DNA of 64,000 bases from Spirochaetia bacterium (GTDB lineage: Bacteria > Spirochaetota > Spirochaetia > UBA9216), in NCBI GenBank assembly GCA_963675665.1, contig OY776510.1, forward strand, positions 1,056,001 through 1,120,000, written 5' to 3'. Below the pieces are notes generated by a model. It searched no databases, was not told the origin of the DNA, and saw only the letters and a list, made by a program, of their open reading frames with translations. Shown one piece after another: positions 1-9,429 of this stretch; position 1 is the first letter of the stretch, and each line of letters opens with the position of its first letter. Position numbers and translations under genes: made by a program.

Positions 1-2
1 CG

Positions 3-332
3 GCGGGAAGCGCCTATTGTTCTTCAAAGTTTGGAGTTATTGGTTTTACCCAGTCGCTGGCGCTCGAAGTAGCGGACAAAAATATACTGGTAAATGCCGT
101 TTGCCCCGGCCCTATTCAGACTGAACTTGGTGAACTTGGAATTAATCAGGACGCAGCCCTGAGAGGTCTTGATCCGGATGAGTTTCGACAATGGTTTATC
201 GATCGAACCCCGTTTAAACGGCAGGGAACGGTGGAGCAGGTTGCGAATATGGTTGCATTTATTGCTTCCGACGAGTGTGACTTTACTACAGGCGCCGCAT
301 TCAATGTGAACGGCGGAATAATAATGCATTAG
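3..332 (+). CDS. Short-chain dehydrogenase/reductase (SDR), C-terminal part, truncated by window edge
   Basis: Manual translation from nt 3: AGSAYCSSKFGVIGFTQSLALEVADKNILVNAVCPG...FTTGAAFNVNGG; YxxxK catalytic motif; TAG at 330-332. Confidence 0.9.
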   Translation, partial: AGSAYCSSKFGVIGFTQSLALEVADKNILVNAVCPGPIQTELGELGINQDAALRGLDPDEFRQWFIDRTPFKRQGTVEQVANMVAFIASDECDFTTGAAFNVNGGIIMH

Positions 333-341
333 GGGTTTGAA

Positions 342-1223
342 ATGAAGCAAATAACCCAAAATGTCTATGCTGCGGATAATTATGCCGGAGATAATCCCGC
401 ATATATTAAAACAGTAGAAGGAATTGTGATTATTGATCCGCCGCAGATGCCGTCGGTAGCCGTTGAGCTGTTAGATATTGTGGAATCTGAAGGCCCTCTG
501 AAATGGATCATAAATACCGAACATCATCCCGACCATACCTTTGGTAATTATTATTTTAACAAAATGGCGCCGGTTGCTGCGCACAGGGAATTATATTCAA
601 GATTTATGACGGCGCCCGGGCTTGATTGTTATCGTAAGAATTATGATGAAACAAAAGCCAATGATCCTGAAGGCTTAAAATATTATCCTGAAGAGGAAGA
701 GTACTGGCGGAACTGTAACAAACCGGTCGTCCTGTTTGATGATTATTTGAAGATCACAGTCGGAGGGCATGATTTCGAATGTTACCATACCGGCGGACAC
801 ACTATAGATCAAATTTGTGTTTACTGCCCCCAGGAAAGGGTCCTGTTTCCGGGCGATACAATCTTTAACAAGGTGCAGATTTTTTTCGCAGAAGCGGATC
901 CTTTCATAATACTTGAAGCGCTGGATTTTATCGAACAATTTGATGCCGAATATATTGTCCCGGGGCACGGTGAAATCTGCACAAAAGATGCAATTAATCA
1001 GAACAAGGCCTTTGTTATGGACTGGATAGGGGCGGTGCAGAACGGGATAGCAAAAGGCTGGAGTAGAGATGAATGCAGGGAACGTATAAGCTTTGCGGAT
1101 TCGTATCCGATAGATATCGGGCTTGATGCCGTTTTGTATGAGCTGCAGAAAGGCAATTCAGGCAAACTTTATGATTACCTGACAAGTAAGGGCCGGGGAA
1201 GAGGATACACGTTAATTCCGTAA
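342..1223 (+). CDS. Metallo-beta-lactamase fold hydrolase (cyclase/glyoxalase II-like)
   Basis: TEHHPDH, GGHT, GD, PGHG metal-binding motifs. Confidence 0.85.
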   Translation: MKQITQNVYAADNYAGDNPAYIKTVEGIVIIDPPQMPSVAVELLDIVESEGPLKWIINTEHHPDHTFGNYYFNKMAPVAAHRELYSRFMTAPGLDCYRKNYDETKANDPEGLKYYPEEEEYWRNCNKPVVLFDDYLKITVGGHDFECYHTGGHTIDQICVYCPQERVLFPGDTIFNKVQIFFAEADPFIILEALDFIEQFDAEYIVPGHGEICTKDAINQNKAFVMDWIGAVQNGIAKGWSRDECRERISFADSYPIDIGLDAVLYELQKGNSGKLYDYLTSKGRGRGYTLIP

Positions 1224-1237
1224 AAAAAGGAAAAATT

Positions 1238-1876
1238 ATGAAAATAGCAATAATAAATGAAGTCAGCGCTGCGCACAGGAACGCTGATATTGTAAACGCG
1301 CTTGACGGCAGGGGTTTTGAGATTCTGAATATAGGAATGAAAAGCCCTGATGAAGAAAATAAAATTTTTTATACACACACCGGGTTTTTAACAGGTCTTG
1401 TGCTTAACCTTGGAATAGCCGATTTTGTAGTCGGCGGGTGCGGAACGGGACAGGGATATCTTGATTCGGCAATGCAGTATCCGGGGGTTTTTTGCGGTCA
1501 TATTCTCAATTCAATGGATTCATGGCTGTTTGCGCAGATTAACTCCGGCAATGCAGTGTCGCTTGCCCTGAACCAGGGGTATGGGTGGGCTGCCGAGATT
1601 AATCTCAGGTTTATATTTGACAGGTTGTTTGAGGTAGAGCATGGCTCAGGGTATCCGAAAAACCGTACTGAACCGCAGGAAAAGATGAGAAAAATGCTTG
1701 GAAGGGTGTCGGTATCGACTCACAAATCGCTATCGGAGATAATCAGGGATCTTGATGATGATGTAATAGAGCCTGCTTTGAATTATCCCGGCATTATGGA
1801 ATTGCTTGATATTGATAATATTGACGATGAACAGATAAGAACAGTACTGACGCAGAGGAGCAAGAGGTTAAATTAA
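1238..1876 (+). CDS. RpiB/LacA/LacB-family sugar isomerase (long DhuI/SqwI-like subtype)
   Basis: MKIAIINE start, GCGTGQG active-site loop, FAQINSGNA, GYGWAAE. Confidence 0.8.
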   Translation: MKIAIINEVSAAHRNADIVNALDGRGFEILNIGMKSPDEENKIFYTHTGFLTGLVLNLGIADFVVGGCGTGQGYLDSAMQYPGVFCGHILNSMDSWLFAQINSGNAVSLALNQGYGWAAEINLRFIFDRLFEVEHGSGYPKNRTEPQEKMRKMLGRVSVSTHKSLSEIIRDLDDDVIEPALNYPGIMELLDIDNIDDEQIRTVLTQRSKRLN

Positions 1877-2724
1877 TGAAGGTGCATTTGGAAGAAACAA
1901 CATTGGAAGAGCTGAAAAAAAAGGCTCGGAGAATCAGGGAACTGATTCTTACTACAACGCACAGCGCGGGTTGCGGACATACCGGCGGATCACTTTCCGA
2001 GGTGGAAATATTAACAGCCCTGTTTTTTAATATTATGGATATAGATGAAAAAAACCCGAAGAAGGAGCCCCGAGACAGGTTCGTTTTATCGAAAGGACAT
2101 GCGACGCCGGGATATTATTCGACTCTTGCTCTCAGGGGTTTTTTCCCGGAAAAAGAACTGGCGGGTTTTGATTCGCTTGGAAGTTTTCTGCAGGCCCATC
2201 CCGATATGCATAAATGTCCCGGTGTTGATTTTTCAAGCGGGTCTCTCGGCCAGGGGCTTTCCATCGGTCTCGGAATGGCTCAGGGTCTTGCCGGGAAAGG
2301 AGAAAAAGGCGTTACTTTCGTGCTCATTGGGGACGGCGAAAGTCAGGAAGGCCAGATATGGGAAGCTGCGATGTATGCAGGTGCAAAAAATGTAAGAAAC
2401 ATCGTGTGCATTGTTGATTACAATAAGGTTCAGCTTGCATCCACAACAGAAGAAGCTGTTTCCCTTGAACCGCTTAAGGAAAAGTGGGAGGCTTTCAACT
2501 GGAATGTGATGGAATGTGATGGTCATGATATGAAAGATATTCTTTCTGCACTGACGGCGGCAAAAGAAGCAAGCGGCAATGGGCCGGTAGTTATACTTGC
2601 GCATACGGTAAAAGGAAAGGGTGTAAGTTTTATGGAAGGCCGTTATCAGTGGCACGGAAAAGCCCCCAATGATGAAGAGTTTCAGCAGGCAATAAACGAG
2701 ATATATGCCGGAGGAGAAATATGA
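1876..2724 (+). CDS. Transketolase N-terminal subunit
   Basis: GHTGGSLS, DRFVLSKGH, GSLGQG, GDGESQEGQIWEA TPP motif, TVKGKG. Confidence 0.95.
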   Translation: MKVHLEETTLEELKKKARRIRELILTTTHSAGCGHTGGSLSEVEILTALFFNIMDIDEKNPKKEPRDRFVLSKGHATPGYYSTLALRGFFPEKELAGFDSLGSFLQAHPDMHKCPGVDFSSGSLGQGLSIGLGMAQGLAGKGEKGVTFVLIGDGESQEGQIWEAAMYAGAKNVRNIVCIVDYNKVQLASTTEEAVSLEPLKEKWEAFNWNVMECDGHDMKDILSALTAAKEASGNGPVVILAHTVKGKGVSFMEGRYQWHGKAPNDEEFQQAINEIYAGGEI

Positions 2725-3662
2725 GAATAGGTGAAGCAATAGCTCCAAGGGTCGTCTTCGGTGAAACTCTTGTTGAACTTGGTAAGGAGTATGAAAAGCT
2801 GGTTGTTCTCGATGCGGATGTAGGAGCTTCTACGCAGACTGCACTGTTTAGAGATGAATACCCGGACAGGTTCTATCAATGCGGAATTGCCGAGGCAAAT
2901 ATGGTCGGAATGTCGGCGGGAATGGCTGCCGTCGGCATGATTCCCTTTGTTTCAACCTTTGCAATTTTTCTGACAAAACGCGCGGGAGATCAGATAAGAA
3001 ACTCTATAGGATATCCGGGGATGAATGTAAAATTAAACGGTGCATACGGAGGGCTTCCTACAGGCAAGGCCGGAGCCACCCATTCCGCAATTGAGGATAT
3101 TGCCGTTATGAGAGCAATTCCGGGAATGACAATTCTTGTTCCCTGCGATCCGGTTGAAACCCGGCTTGCAGTCAAACTGGCAATGGAAACCGAAGGTCCT
3201 GTTTATCTGAGAACTGTGCGTTGTCCGGTTGAAACAATTTTTGATGAAAGTCATAAGATGGAATTGGGTAAAGCGAAAGTTGTTCATGAAGGCGGCGATG
3301 CGGTCATTATATCCACCGGGATGATGACGCCGAAGGCCCTTCGGGCGGCAAAAGCGCTTGAATCAGAAGGTATCGATCTGAAGGTTATTCATATGGGTAC
3401 AATTAAACCGATAGACGAAGATGCAGTTGTTTCTGCAGCAATAGAGTTCGGTCATATTTTTACTTTGGAAAATCATAGCGTGATAGGCGGTTTAGGAAGC
3501 GCCGTTGCTGAAGTAACCGCAAAAAAAGCCCCCTGCAGGGTTAAAATGCTCGGTTTTCAGGATATTTTTCTGGAATCAGGTGATAATGAATTATTATTCT
3601 CAAAATATGGAATGAATGTGGATAATATTAAACAGGAAATCCGAAGGAAAGTATGTAAGTAA
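2721..3662 (+). CDS. Transketolase C-terminal subunit
   Basis: GIAEANM, GATH, GPVYLR, ENH..IGGLGSAV; ATGA overlap with N-terminal subunit. Confidence 0.95.
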   Translation: MRIGEAIAPRVVFGETLVELGKEYEKLVVLDADVGASTQTALFRDEYPDRFYQCGIAEANMVGMSAGMAAVGMIPFVSTFAIFLTKRAGDQIRNSIGYPGMNVKLNGAYGGLPTGKAGATHSAIEDIAVMRAIPGMTILVPCDPVETRLAVKLAMETEGPVYLRTVRCPVETIFDESHKMELGKAKVVHEGGDAVIISTGMMTPKALRAAKALESEGIDLKVIHMGTIKPIDEDAVVSAAIEFGHIFTLENHSVIGGLGSAVAEVTAKKAPCRVKMLGFQDIFLESGDNELLFSKYGMNVDNIKQEIRRKVCK

Positions 3663-3671
3663 TTTTATTAT

Positions 3672-3709
3672 AACAGCCGGCGGGTAAAAACGATTTTTCC
3701 GCCGGTTGT
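3672..3709. terminator. Hairpin between convergent tkt and tetR genes
   Basis: acagccggcgg...ccgccggttgt inverted repeat. Confidence 0.55.
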
Positions 3710-4257
3710 CAGCTTTTCCGGTAATCCAGATGCAACAGCATCAGGTTAAGAATTTCAGATTTTGAATCTTTACAGTCATTTTTAAGCCATTTGGCAAAAA
3801 GGGAAATATAACCACCTGCGTAGAAGCTCAGCATATATTCTTTCTGAAGTTCATCTTTATATACCGAATGTATGAATTCCCTGTTAACAAGGTTGATTCC
3901 TTCGATCATGAAATCCATAAATACCCATTGTAATTCGGCATCGAAGATGGCTTTATAAAATTCCTTTTCGTTTTCTATCATGCTCAGATACCGGTAGCCG
4001 ATGTAGGTCTGATCGATATTTTTATTTTTACGTATTTGATGCAGGAAGACTTTCTGCTGGTCCTTCAAATACCTTACGAGGACGTCCTGTATGCTGTTGA
4101 AGTGCCTGTAGAATGCCATCCGTGAAACCCCGGCCTTTGTGCAGAGTTCGCTGATACTTATTTCTTTAAAAGGCTTGAGCTTCATCAGGATTATCATGGC
4201 CTCTTCTATACTCTGGATAGTCAGCCTTTTCTGGTTAAGATTGTATTGATTAGGCAT
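3709..4257 (-). CDS. TetR/AcrR family regulator
   Basis: N-terminal HTH ISISELCTKAGVSRMAFYRHF; divergent from the SDR-AOR operon. Confidence 0.9.
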   Translation of the reverse strand: MPNQYNLNQKRLTIQSIEEAMIILMKLKPFKEISISELCTKAGVSRMAFYRHFNSIQDVLVRYLKDQQKVFLHQIRKNKNIDQTYIGYRYLSMIENEKEFYKAIFDAELQWVFMDFMIEGINLVNREFIHSVYKDELQKEYMLSFYAGGYISLFAKWLKNDCKDSKSEILNLMLLHLDYRKS

Positions 4258-4380
4258 TACACTTCTCTCCCTACTGTAACAACTGAAGCATTTTCATTTG
4301 CAATGACTGATAGTCGGATGTATCATTAAATTTAAGGTGTTTCAGATGTAACGTCAAGACGCCTTACGGAAGGAGCCATT

Positions 4381-5265
4381 ATGGAAAAGAAAAAAACCTC
4401 TTCAAAAACCGTACTGGTCACAGGTGCGGGTTCAGGTCTGGGGCAGGCGACAGCAATCATGCTTGCGGAAAAGGGCTGGAAGGTTTATGGCACGATCATT
4501 CCCAGTCAGAGTTCAGAAAAACTGGCGAAGTACGGAATCACTCCTCTGGTTGTAGATCTGGCGGACAATGAGTCGGTGGCGAAAGCGTACGGACAGATAG
4601 CTGTTGAAATCGGGGCCAGCGGCCTGGCTGCTCTTGTTAATGTTGCGGGTCTGGCTGAAGTTGCCGGCGGAATAATCGAGGGAGTGTCTGAAGATCGTGT
4701 CAGGGCCTTGTTTGAGGTCAATGTGTTCGGCACGTTGAGGGTTATCAAGACGTTCCTTCCGTTACTGCGGAAATACGGGCCCGCAAGGGTCGTTAATGTA
4801 TCGACCAGCGGGGTGCGGGTTCCCACTTCATTTTCCGGAATCTATGCGATATCAAAGTATGCTGTAGAAGGCATTACGAATGCATTCAGGTACGAACTTC
4901 CGATATTCGGAATCCAGCTGACCTCGATTGAACCGGGGGCCATGGACACGCCGATGACGGCCAACAGTGAAGAAAACATGAAAAAAACCTGGGAGAGAAT
5001 GCCTGATTTTGTCAGGGACCTGTATTATGAAAAACTCAGCGTTCCGCTGGGATATATGAACAGCATGCTGAAAAACAAAAACCAGCCGGAAGATGTAGCC
5101 AGGATAATAGTTAACGCATTATATGCAAAAAAAATGAAAATCCGTTACATGGGCGGCAGGGATGTTCGGATTATGCCGTTTCTGCAGAGATTTTTAGGGG
5201 AGAATCTGTTCGAGGCGATGATGCTTAAGGTACAGAAAATGCCGAAACCTGACTTTGACAGGTAA
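4381..5265 (+). CDS. SDR oxidoreductase (17beta-HSD/retinol dehydrogenase-like subtype)
   Basis: TGAGSGLG, NVAG, YAISK, IEPG motifs; GGAG RBS. Confidence 0.9.
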   Translation: MEKKKTSSKTVLVTGAGSGLGQATAIMLAEKGWKVYGTIIPSQSSEKLAKYGITPLVVDLADNESVAKAYGQIAVEIGASGLAALVNVAGLAEVAGGIIEGVSEDRVRALFEVNVFGTLRVIKTFLPLLRKYGPARVVNVSTSGVRVPTSFSGIYAISKYAVEGITNAFRYELPIFGIQLTSIEPGAMDTPMTANSEENMKKTWERMPDFVRDLYYEKLSVPLGYMNSMLKNKNQPEDVARIIVNALYAKKMKIRYMGGRDVRIMPFLQRFLGENLFEAMMLKVQKMPKPDFDR

Positions 5266-5276
5266 GGGAGAAGATT

Positions 5277-7907
5277 ATGGTTACAGGACAGGATTCAATT
5301 GATTTTATGACCGGCGTTTTCAGCAGGGATGAAGCGCTTAAGATTAAAAAAAGGGTGGTTATAACCTATATTGTGGAAGGAGAAGACGGAGGGGCCTGGC
5401 AGCTGGTTGTTGACAACGGGACATTCGAGTTTACATCGGGCGACGGAATAACCCCGGTAACGGCAACCGTTACGTATAAAGATGCGGAGAGCTGTTACAA
5501 GCTGATTACGGGAGAGATGAGCGGGGTTAAAGGCTATGCCTCTGGCGCGATTAAATTCGAAGGCCCGGCCAATATTCTTGTCAGCCTTGGAAAGGTCTTT
5601 AATCCCAAAAACAAAGCCTCGTCGGCAAAGGGGCCGGTCCTGAAGGAAGGACCGGTGACCGGACAGGATTCCATCGATTTTATGACGGCAGTTTTCGACA
5701 GGGAGGAAGCGCTGAAACTGAAGAAAAAAGCGGTCCTAACTTACAGGGTTCCCGGAGAAACGGGCGGCTCCTGGCAGCTTCTAGTCGACAACGGCAGGTT
5801 TGAATTCCATAAAGGGGAAGATATCTCTCCGGTGAATGCCACGGTCGAATATAAAGACGTCGACAGCTTTTACAGGCTTGTTACAGGGCAGATGAGCGGC
5901 GTAAAGGGTTATGCTTCGGGTGCAATAAAGTTTGAAGGACCTGCGAACCTGCTGGTAAGCCTCGGGAAGGTTTTTCCACCGGAAAAGAAAAAGAAAGAGA
6001 AAAAAAAGAAAAAGGTCAAACACAGGAAAAAGGGAAAAGGCGGCCTCGGCGGTTACATGGGAAAAATCCTGAGAGTAGACCTGACTAACGAAGTCATCAC
6101 GGAAGAAAAGATAGACGAGAGTATTTTAAAATCCTATGTCGGCGGAACCGGGCTGGGCGTAAAGCTCCTTTATGACGAGGTCCCCGAAAGTGTTAACTGG
6201 GATGACCCTGCGAACCGTCTGATTTATACGACAGGGCCTTTTACCGGAACCAATGCGCCCGGATCAAGCGTATACACGGTATCCACGCGCGGGGCGCTTA
6301 CAAATATGTTTGTGGCATCTCATGCTAACGGGTTTTTTGGCGTCAAGCTTAAACAGGCCGGCGTGGACGGAATAATTTTTCAGGGTGTAGCCAAACGATG
6401 GGTGTACCTTTATATAAACGAAGGCAAGGCTGAACTTCGCGATGCAGAGCACCTTATCGGAAAGAATACCTGGGATACCGAGGACGCGCTTATGGAAGAG
6501 GTCGGTCAACCCAAAGCGGGTGTTTCATGTATCGGCCCTGCCGGTGAAAACGGCGTACGGTACGCCGGAATCTGTTCCGATAAAGGGCATATATGCTCCA
6601 CAAACGGCGTCGGCACGGTAATGGGTCAGAAAAAGGTCAAGGCCGTGGTAGCATACGGGAAACAGAAGGTCCCGATTTACGATGAAGAGCTGTTTAAGGA
6701 CCTAGTCAAGGAATGGTGGGAAGAAGCGTATGAAACCATGTGGGGGTTCATGATTCCGTCGCTGGGCACTAACGGACAGTACAAATCGTGTTACGAGGGC
6801 AGTTTTGTTCCGATTAAAAACCTTACCACTAACATCTTTCCCGATCACCCGAAGTTTGCCGGCGACGCCATGCGGGACTACTATAAAGGCAAACCCCGCC
6901 CGTGCGCAGCCTGCCGTTTTGCCCACATCCACACAATTGAACTCAAGTCCGGTCCGGGCAAGGGTCAGCTGGTCGAAGAAGCGGAATTCGAAGGCACCAA
7001 CGCCTTTGCGGGTCAGATATTTAACGGCGATGTCGATGCGTCGCAATGGCTGAACCATGTAAACGATATTCTCGGGATGGATGTCAAGGAACAGGCTTTT
7101 AATATCGGGCTGGTAATGGAGTGCTATGAAAAAGGCCTGCTGACGAAAAAAGACTGCAACGGGCTTGAGCTGAGCTGGGGCAACGTCGACGCGGTTGAGA
7201 AGCTTCTATACAAGATTGCAAACAGGGAAGAAGGCATCGGCGATCTGATGGCCGACGGGGTATACAAAGCGGCCCAAAAGATAGGCGGCGAGGCTCCGAA
7301 TTTTGCGGTGTATACGCATAAGGGAAACGCTCCGCATGTGCATGACGGACGAGGCATGTGGAGCATCGCATTTTCAATGGCTGTTTCCGATATGGGTTCC
7401 ATTCCTTCGGGAGATATGGGTGATGTAGGAGACCTGCTTGATACCATCGGCGCTGACGCCCTGGACCCGGAACAGGCTTTTTCCGGGGACTTGATTGCGA
7501 AAGGCCAGGCGATAACCGGCCGGCGCGGACATTTTATCGACTGCCTGGGAATTTGTATGTTTATTGCGGGAGTCCAGTTTACTACTATCGCAACAATGCT
7601 TAATACTATAACGGGCTGGGATTACGACTGGAGGAACTGTGTAACTGTCGGCGAGCGTGTAATGAATATGATGAGGTCTTACAATGTCCGCTGCGGCCAC
7701 ACAAGAGAGTATAATACACTTTCACCCAGGCTTCTGCAGGCGCCTGTTAACGGCGCGGCTGAGGGTATTTCAATCGCCCCGGAATTCGATAAAATGATCG
7801 ATATATACTACGACATGATGGGCTGGGACCCCGACGGTAAACCGCTGCCCGCGACCCTGAAAAAACTGGGTCTTAAGGACGTGGCCAAAGAACTGGCCCT
7901 GAAATAA
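5277..7907 (+). CDS. Tandem SCP2 (sterol-carrier) domains fused to tungsten aldehyde:ferredoxin oxidoreductase
   Basis: Two ~107-aa repeats with SCP2-like 'GEDGGAW..V.NG...G.MSGVKGYASGAIKFEG', Lys-rich linker, then AOR hallmarks YMGKILRVDLT, IGPAGEN, GVGTVMGQKKVKA, EGIGDLMADG, YYDMMGWD. Confidence 0.85.
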   Translation: MVTGQDSIDFMTGVFSRDEALKIKKRVVITYIVEGEDGGAWQLVVDNGTFEFTSGDGITPVTATVTYKDAESCYKLITGEMSGVKGYASGAIKFEGPANILVSLGKVFNPKNKASSAKGPVLKEGPVTGQDSIDFMTAVFDREEALKLKKKAVLTYRVPGETGGSWQLLVDNGRFEFHKGEDISPVNATVEYKDVDSFYRLVTGQMSGVKGYASGAIKFEGPANLLVSLGKVFPPEKKKKEKKKKKVKHRKKGKGGLGGYMGKILRVDLTNEVITEEKIDESILKSYVGGTGLGVKLLYDEVPESVNWDDPANRLIYTTGPFTGTNAPGSSVYTVSTRGALTNMFVASHANGFFGVKLKQAGVDGIIFQGVAKRWVYLYINEGKAELRDAEHLIGKNTWDTEDALMEEVGQPKAGVSCIGPAGENGVRYAGICSDKGHICSTNGVGTVMGQKKVKAVVAYGKQKVPIYDEELFKDLVKEWWEEAYETMWGFMIPSLGTNGQYKSCYEGSFVPIKNLTTNIFPDHPKFAGDAMRDYYKGKPRPCAACRFAHIHTIELKSGPGKGQLVEEAEFEGTNAFAGQIFNGDVDASQWLNHVNDILGMDVKEQAFNIGLVMECYEKGLLTKKDCNGLELSWGNVDAVEKLLYKIANREEGIGDLMADGVYKAAQKIGGEAPNFAVYTHKGNAPHVHDGRGMWSIAFSMAVSDMGSIPSGDMGDVGDLLDTIGADALDPEQAFSGDLIAKGQAITGRRGHFIDCLGICMFIAGVQFTTIATMLNTITGWDYDWRNCVTVGERVMNMMRSYNVRCGHTREYNTLSPRLLQAPVNGAAEGISIAPEFDKMIDIYYDMMGWDPDGKPLPATLKKLGLKDVAKELALK
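5280..5976 (+). repeat. Intragenic tandem duplication of SCP2-like domain (copies ~5280-5600 and ~5655-5976)
   Basis: Both copies begin VTGQDSIDFMT and end GPAN(I/L)LVSLGKVF; DNA similarity visible (ggacaggattc.at.gattttatgac). Confidence 0.9.
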
Positions 7908-7921
7908 GCCGGTAATCACTT

Positions 7922-8218
7922 ATGGTGAAAATTGAACTGTATCCTCCCCTGTCTTTCAGGTTTACATCAAAAAAAGTCGGGACTTTTGTGCTGGATATAG
8001 AAATAAACAGGGGAGAGACTCTGTCCGATCTGCTGTTACGCCTGACCCGGGAGAACCGGGAGGCCTGGGAAAATCTGTTTAATATAAAAACGGGCAGAAT
8101 GAAGGGGCCCGTAAGAACTGTTGTAAACGGGACGGCGTTGCCGTCATCCGCGCTTGAGGAAACAAAACTGTCAGATAATGATCATATAGTTTTTATGATC
8201 ATTATCGGCGGAGGATAA
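7922..8218 (+). CDS. moaD: MoaD/ThiS sulfur carrier
   Basis: Ubiquitin-like size, VVNG motif, C-terminal GGG; follows AOR. Confidence 0.8.
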   Translation: MVKIELYPPLSFRFTSKKVGTFVLDIEINRGETLSDLLLRLTRENREAWENLFNIKTGRMKGPVRTVVNGTALPSSALEETKLSDNDHIVFMIIIGGG

Positions 8219-9400
8219 GTGGTCAGAAGAAAAGCTGCAGATATGATGAAAGGAAAACATGCCTCCCCTCCGGAATTGACCCTACGGAAGCTATATATAG
8301 AACCGACAAACAGATGTAATCTGAACTGCCGCACCTGTATCCGTAACGACTGGAATGAAGCCGCCGGGACAATGTCTGAAGCTGTTTTTGACAGAATAAT
8401 CGGGGGGCTTTCATCCTTTACTCCCGGGCCTACTGTTTTTTTCGGTGGTTTCGGCGAACCGCTGAGCCACCCTGATATTGTCGGAATGATTAAACGGGCA
8501 AAGGACCAGGGTTCCCGGGTTGAAATGATCTCCAACGGGACCCTGCTGACGACAGACATGTCCCGAAAACTGATTGCCGCCGGCTTGGATCTGCTGTGGA
8601 TTTCCATTGACGGCGCGTCCGCCGAGAGCTACGCTGATATTCGCCTGGGAGCGGAACTGCCGGGAGTAGTCGAAAACGTTAAAGCCTTCTTCGGCATACT
8701 GGAAAGTCAGTTTGCCGTTAATACCTGCGGTGCTGTCCCTCTTGCTGTAACGGAGATAGGTATTGCTTTTGTGGCAATGAAACGTAATATTGCGGATTTG
8801 CCTGCGGTGATGGAGATAGCAAGGGGAATTGGGGCGGCTCATTTTCTTGTTACGAATCTTCTGCCGTATACGGCCGGGATGTGCGATGAAATATTATACA
8901 ATAAAACCCTGTCCCTGGCTCTGAACCCGGAGCCCCGTCCCGTTTTGAGAATACCGATGATGGATATAACCGAAACTACCCGCGGCCCTCTGGTTTCAGC
9001 CCTAAACTACGGCCGCTCAATCCGGGTAAGCGGGTATAATCTTGATGCTGCGAAGAATAGATGTCAGTTTATAGAGGACGGCGTCGGGGCTTTCGGCTGG
9101 AACGGGGATTTCAGCCCCTGCCTTCCGCTTATGCATGATCATGACAGCTATTATCAGGAACGAAAACGAAGGTCACGCCGCTGGGTTATTGGAAATATCA
9201 GGGATACATGTCTGAAGGATCTCTGGAATTCCGGCGAACACCTGGCTTTCCGTAAAAAAGTCCATGAATTTGATTTTGCCCCCTGCGTATACTGCGGGGG
9301 CTGTGACCTGGCCGATGAAAACGAGGAAGACTGTGAAGGTAATGTTTTTCCGACATGCGGCGGGTGTTTATGGGCACAGGGTGTTATACAATGTCCATAG
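8219..9400 (+). CDS. Radical SAM/SPASM protein, tungsten-cofactor oxidoreductase maturase-like
   Basis: CNLNCRTC, GFGEPL, SPASM cysteines and C-terminal CGGCLWAQGVIQCP typical of AOR-associated rSAMs; true start may be ATG ~8243. Confidence 0.8.
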   Translation: MVRRKAADMMKGKHASPPELTLRKLYIEPTNRCNLNCRTCIRNDWNEAAGTMSEAVFDRIIGGLSSFTPGPTVFFGGFGEPLSHPDIVGMIKRAKDQGSRVEMISNGTLLTTDMSRKLIAAGLDLLWISIDGASAESYADIRLGAELPGVVENVKAFFGILESQFAVNTCGAVPLAVTEIGIAFVAMKRNIADLPAVMEIARGIGAAHFLVTNLLPYTAGMCDEILYNKTLSLALNPEPRPVLRIPMMDITETTRGPLVSALNYGRSIRVSGYNLDAAKNRCQFIEDGVGAFGWNGDFSPCLPLMHDHDSYYQERKRRSRRWVIGNIRDTCLKDLWNSGEHLAFRKKVHEFDFAPCVYCGGCDLADENEEDCEGNVFPTCGGCLWAQGVIQCP

Positions 9401-9429
9401 TAATTCAGGGTATGAAACAGAAAATTTTG

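Noticed and set aside
5980-6040. A-rich linker as a frameshift site or assembly artefact joining two genes
   Set aside because: The frame is continuous and there is no separate RBS/Met before the conserved AOR N-terminus. The fusion is the simpler reading, though a read check is still advisable.
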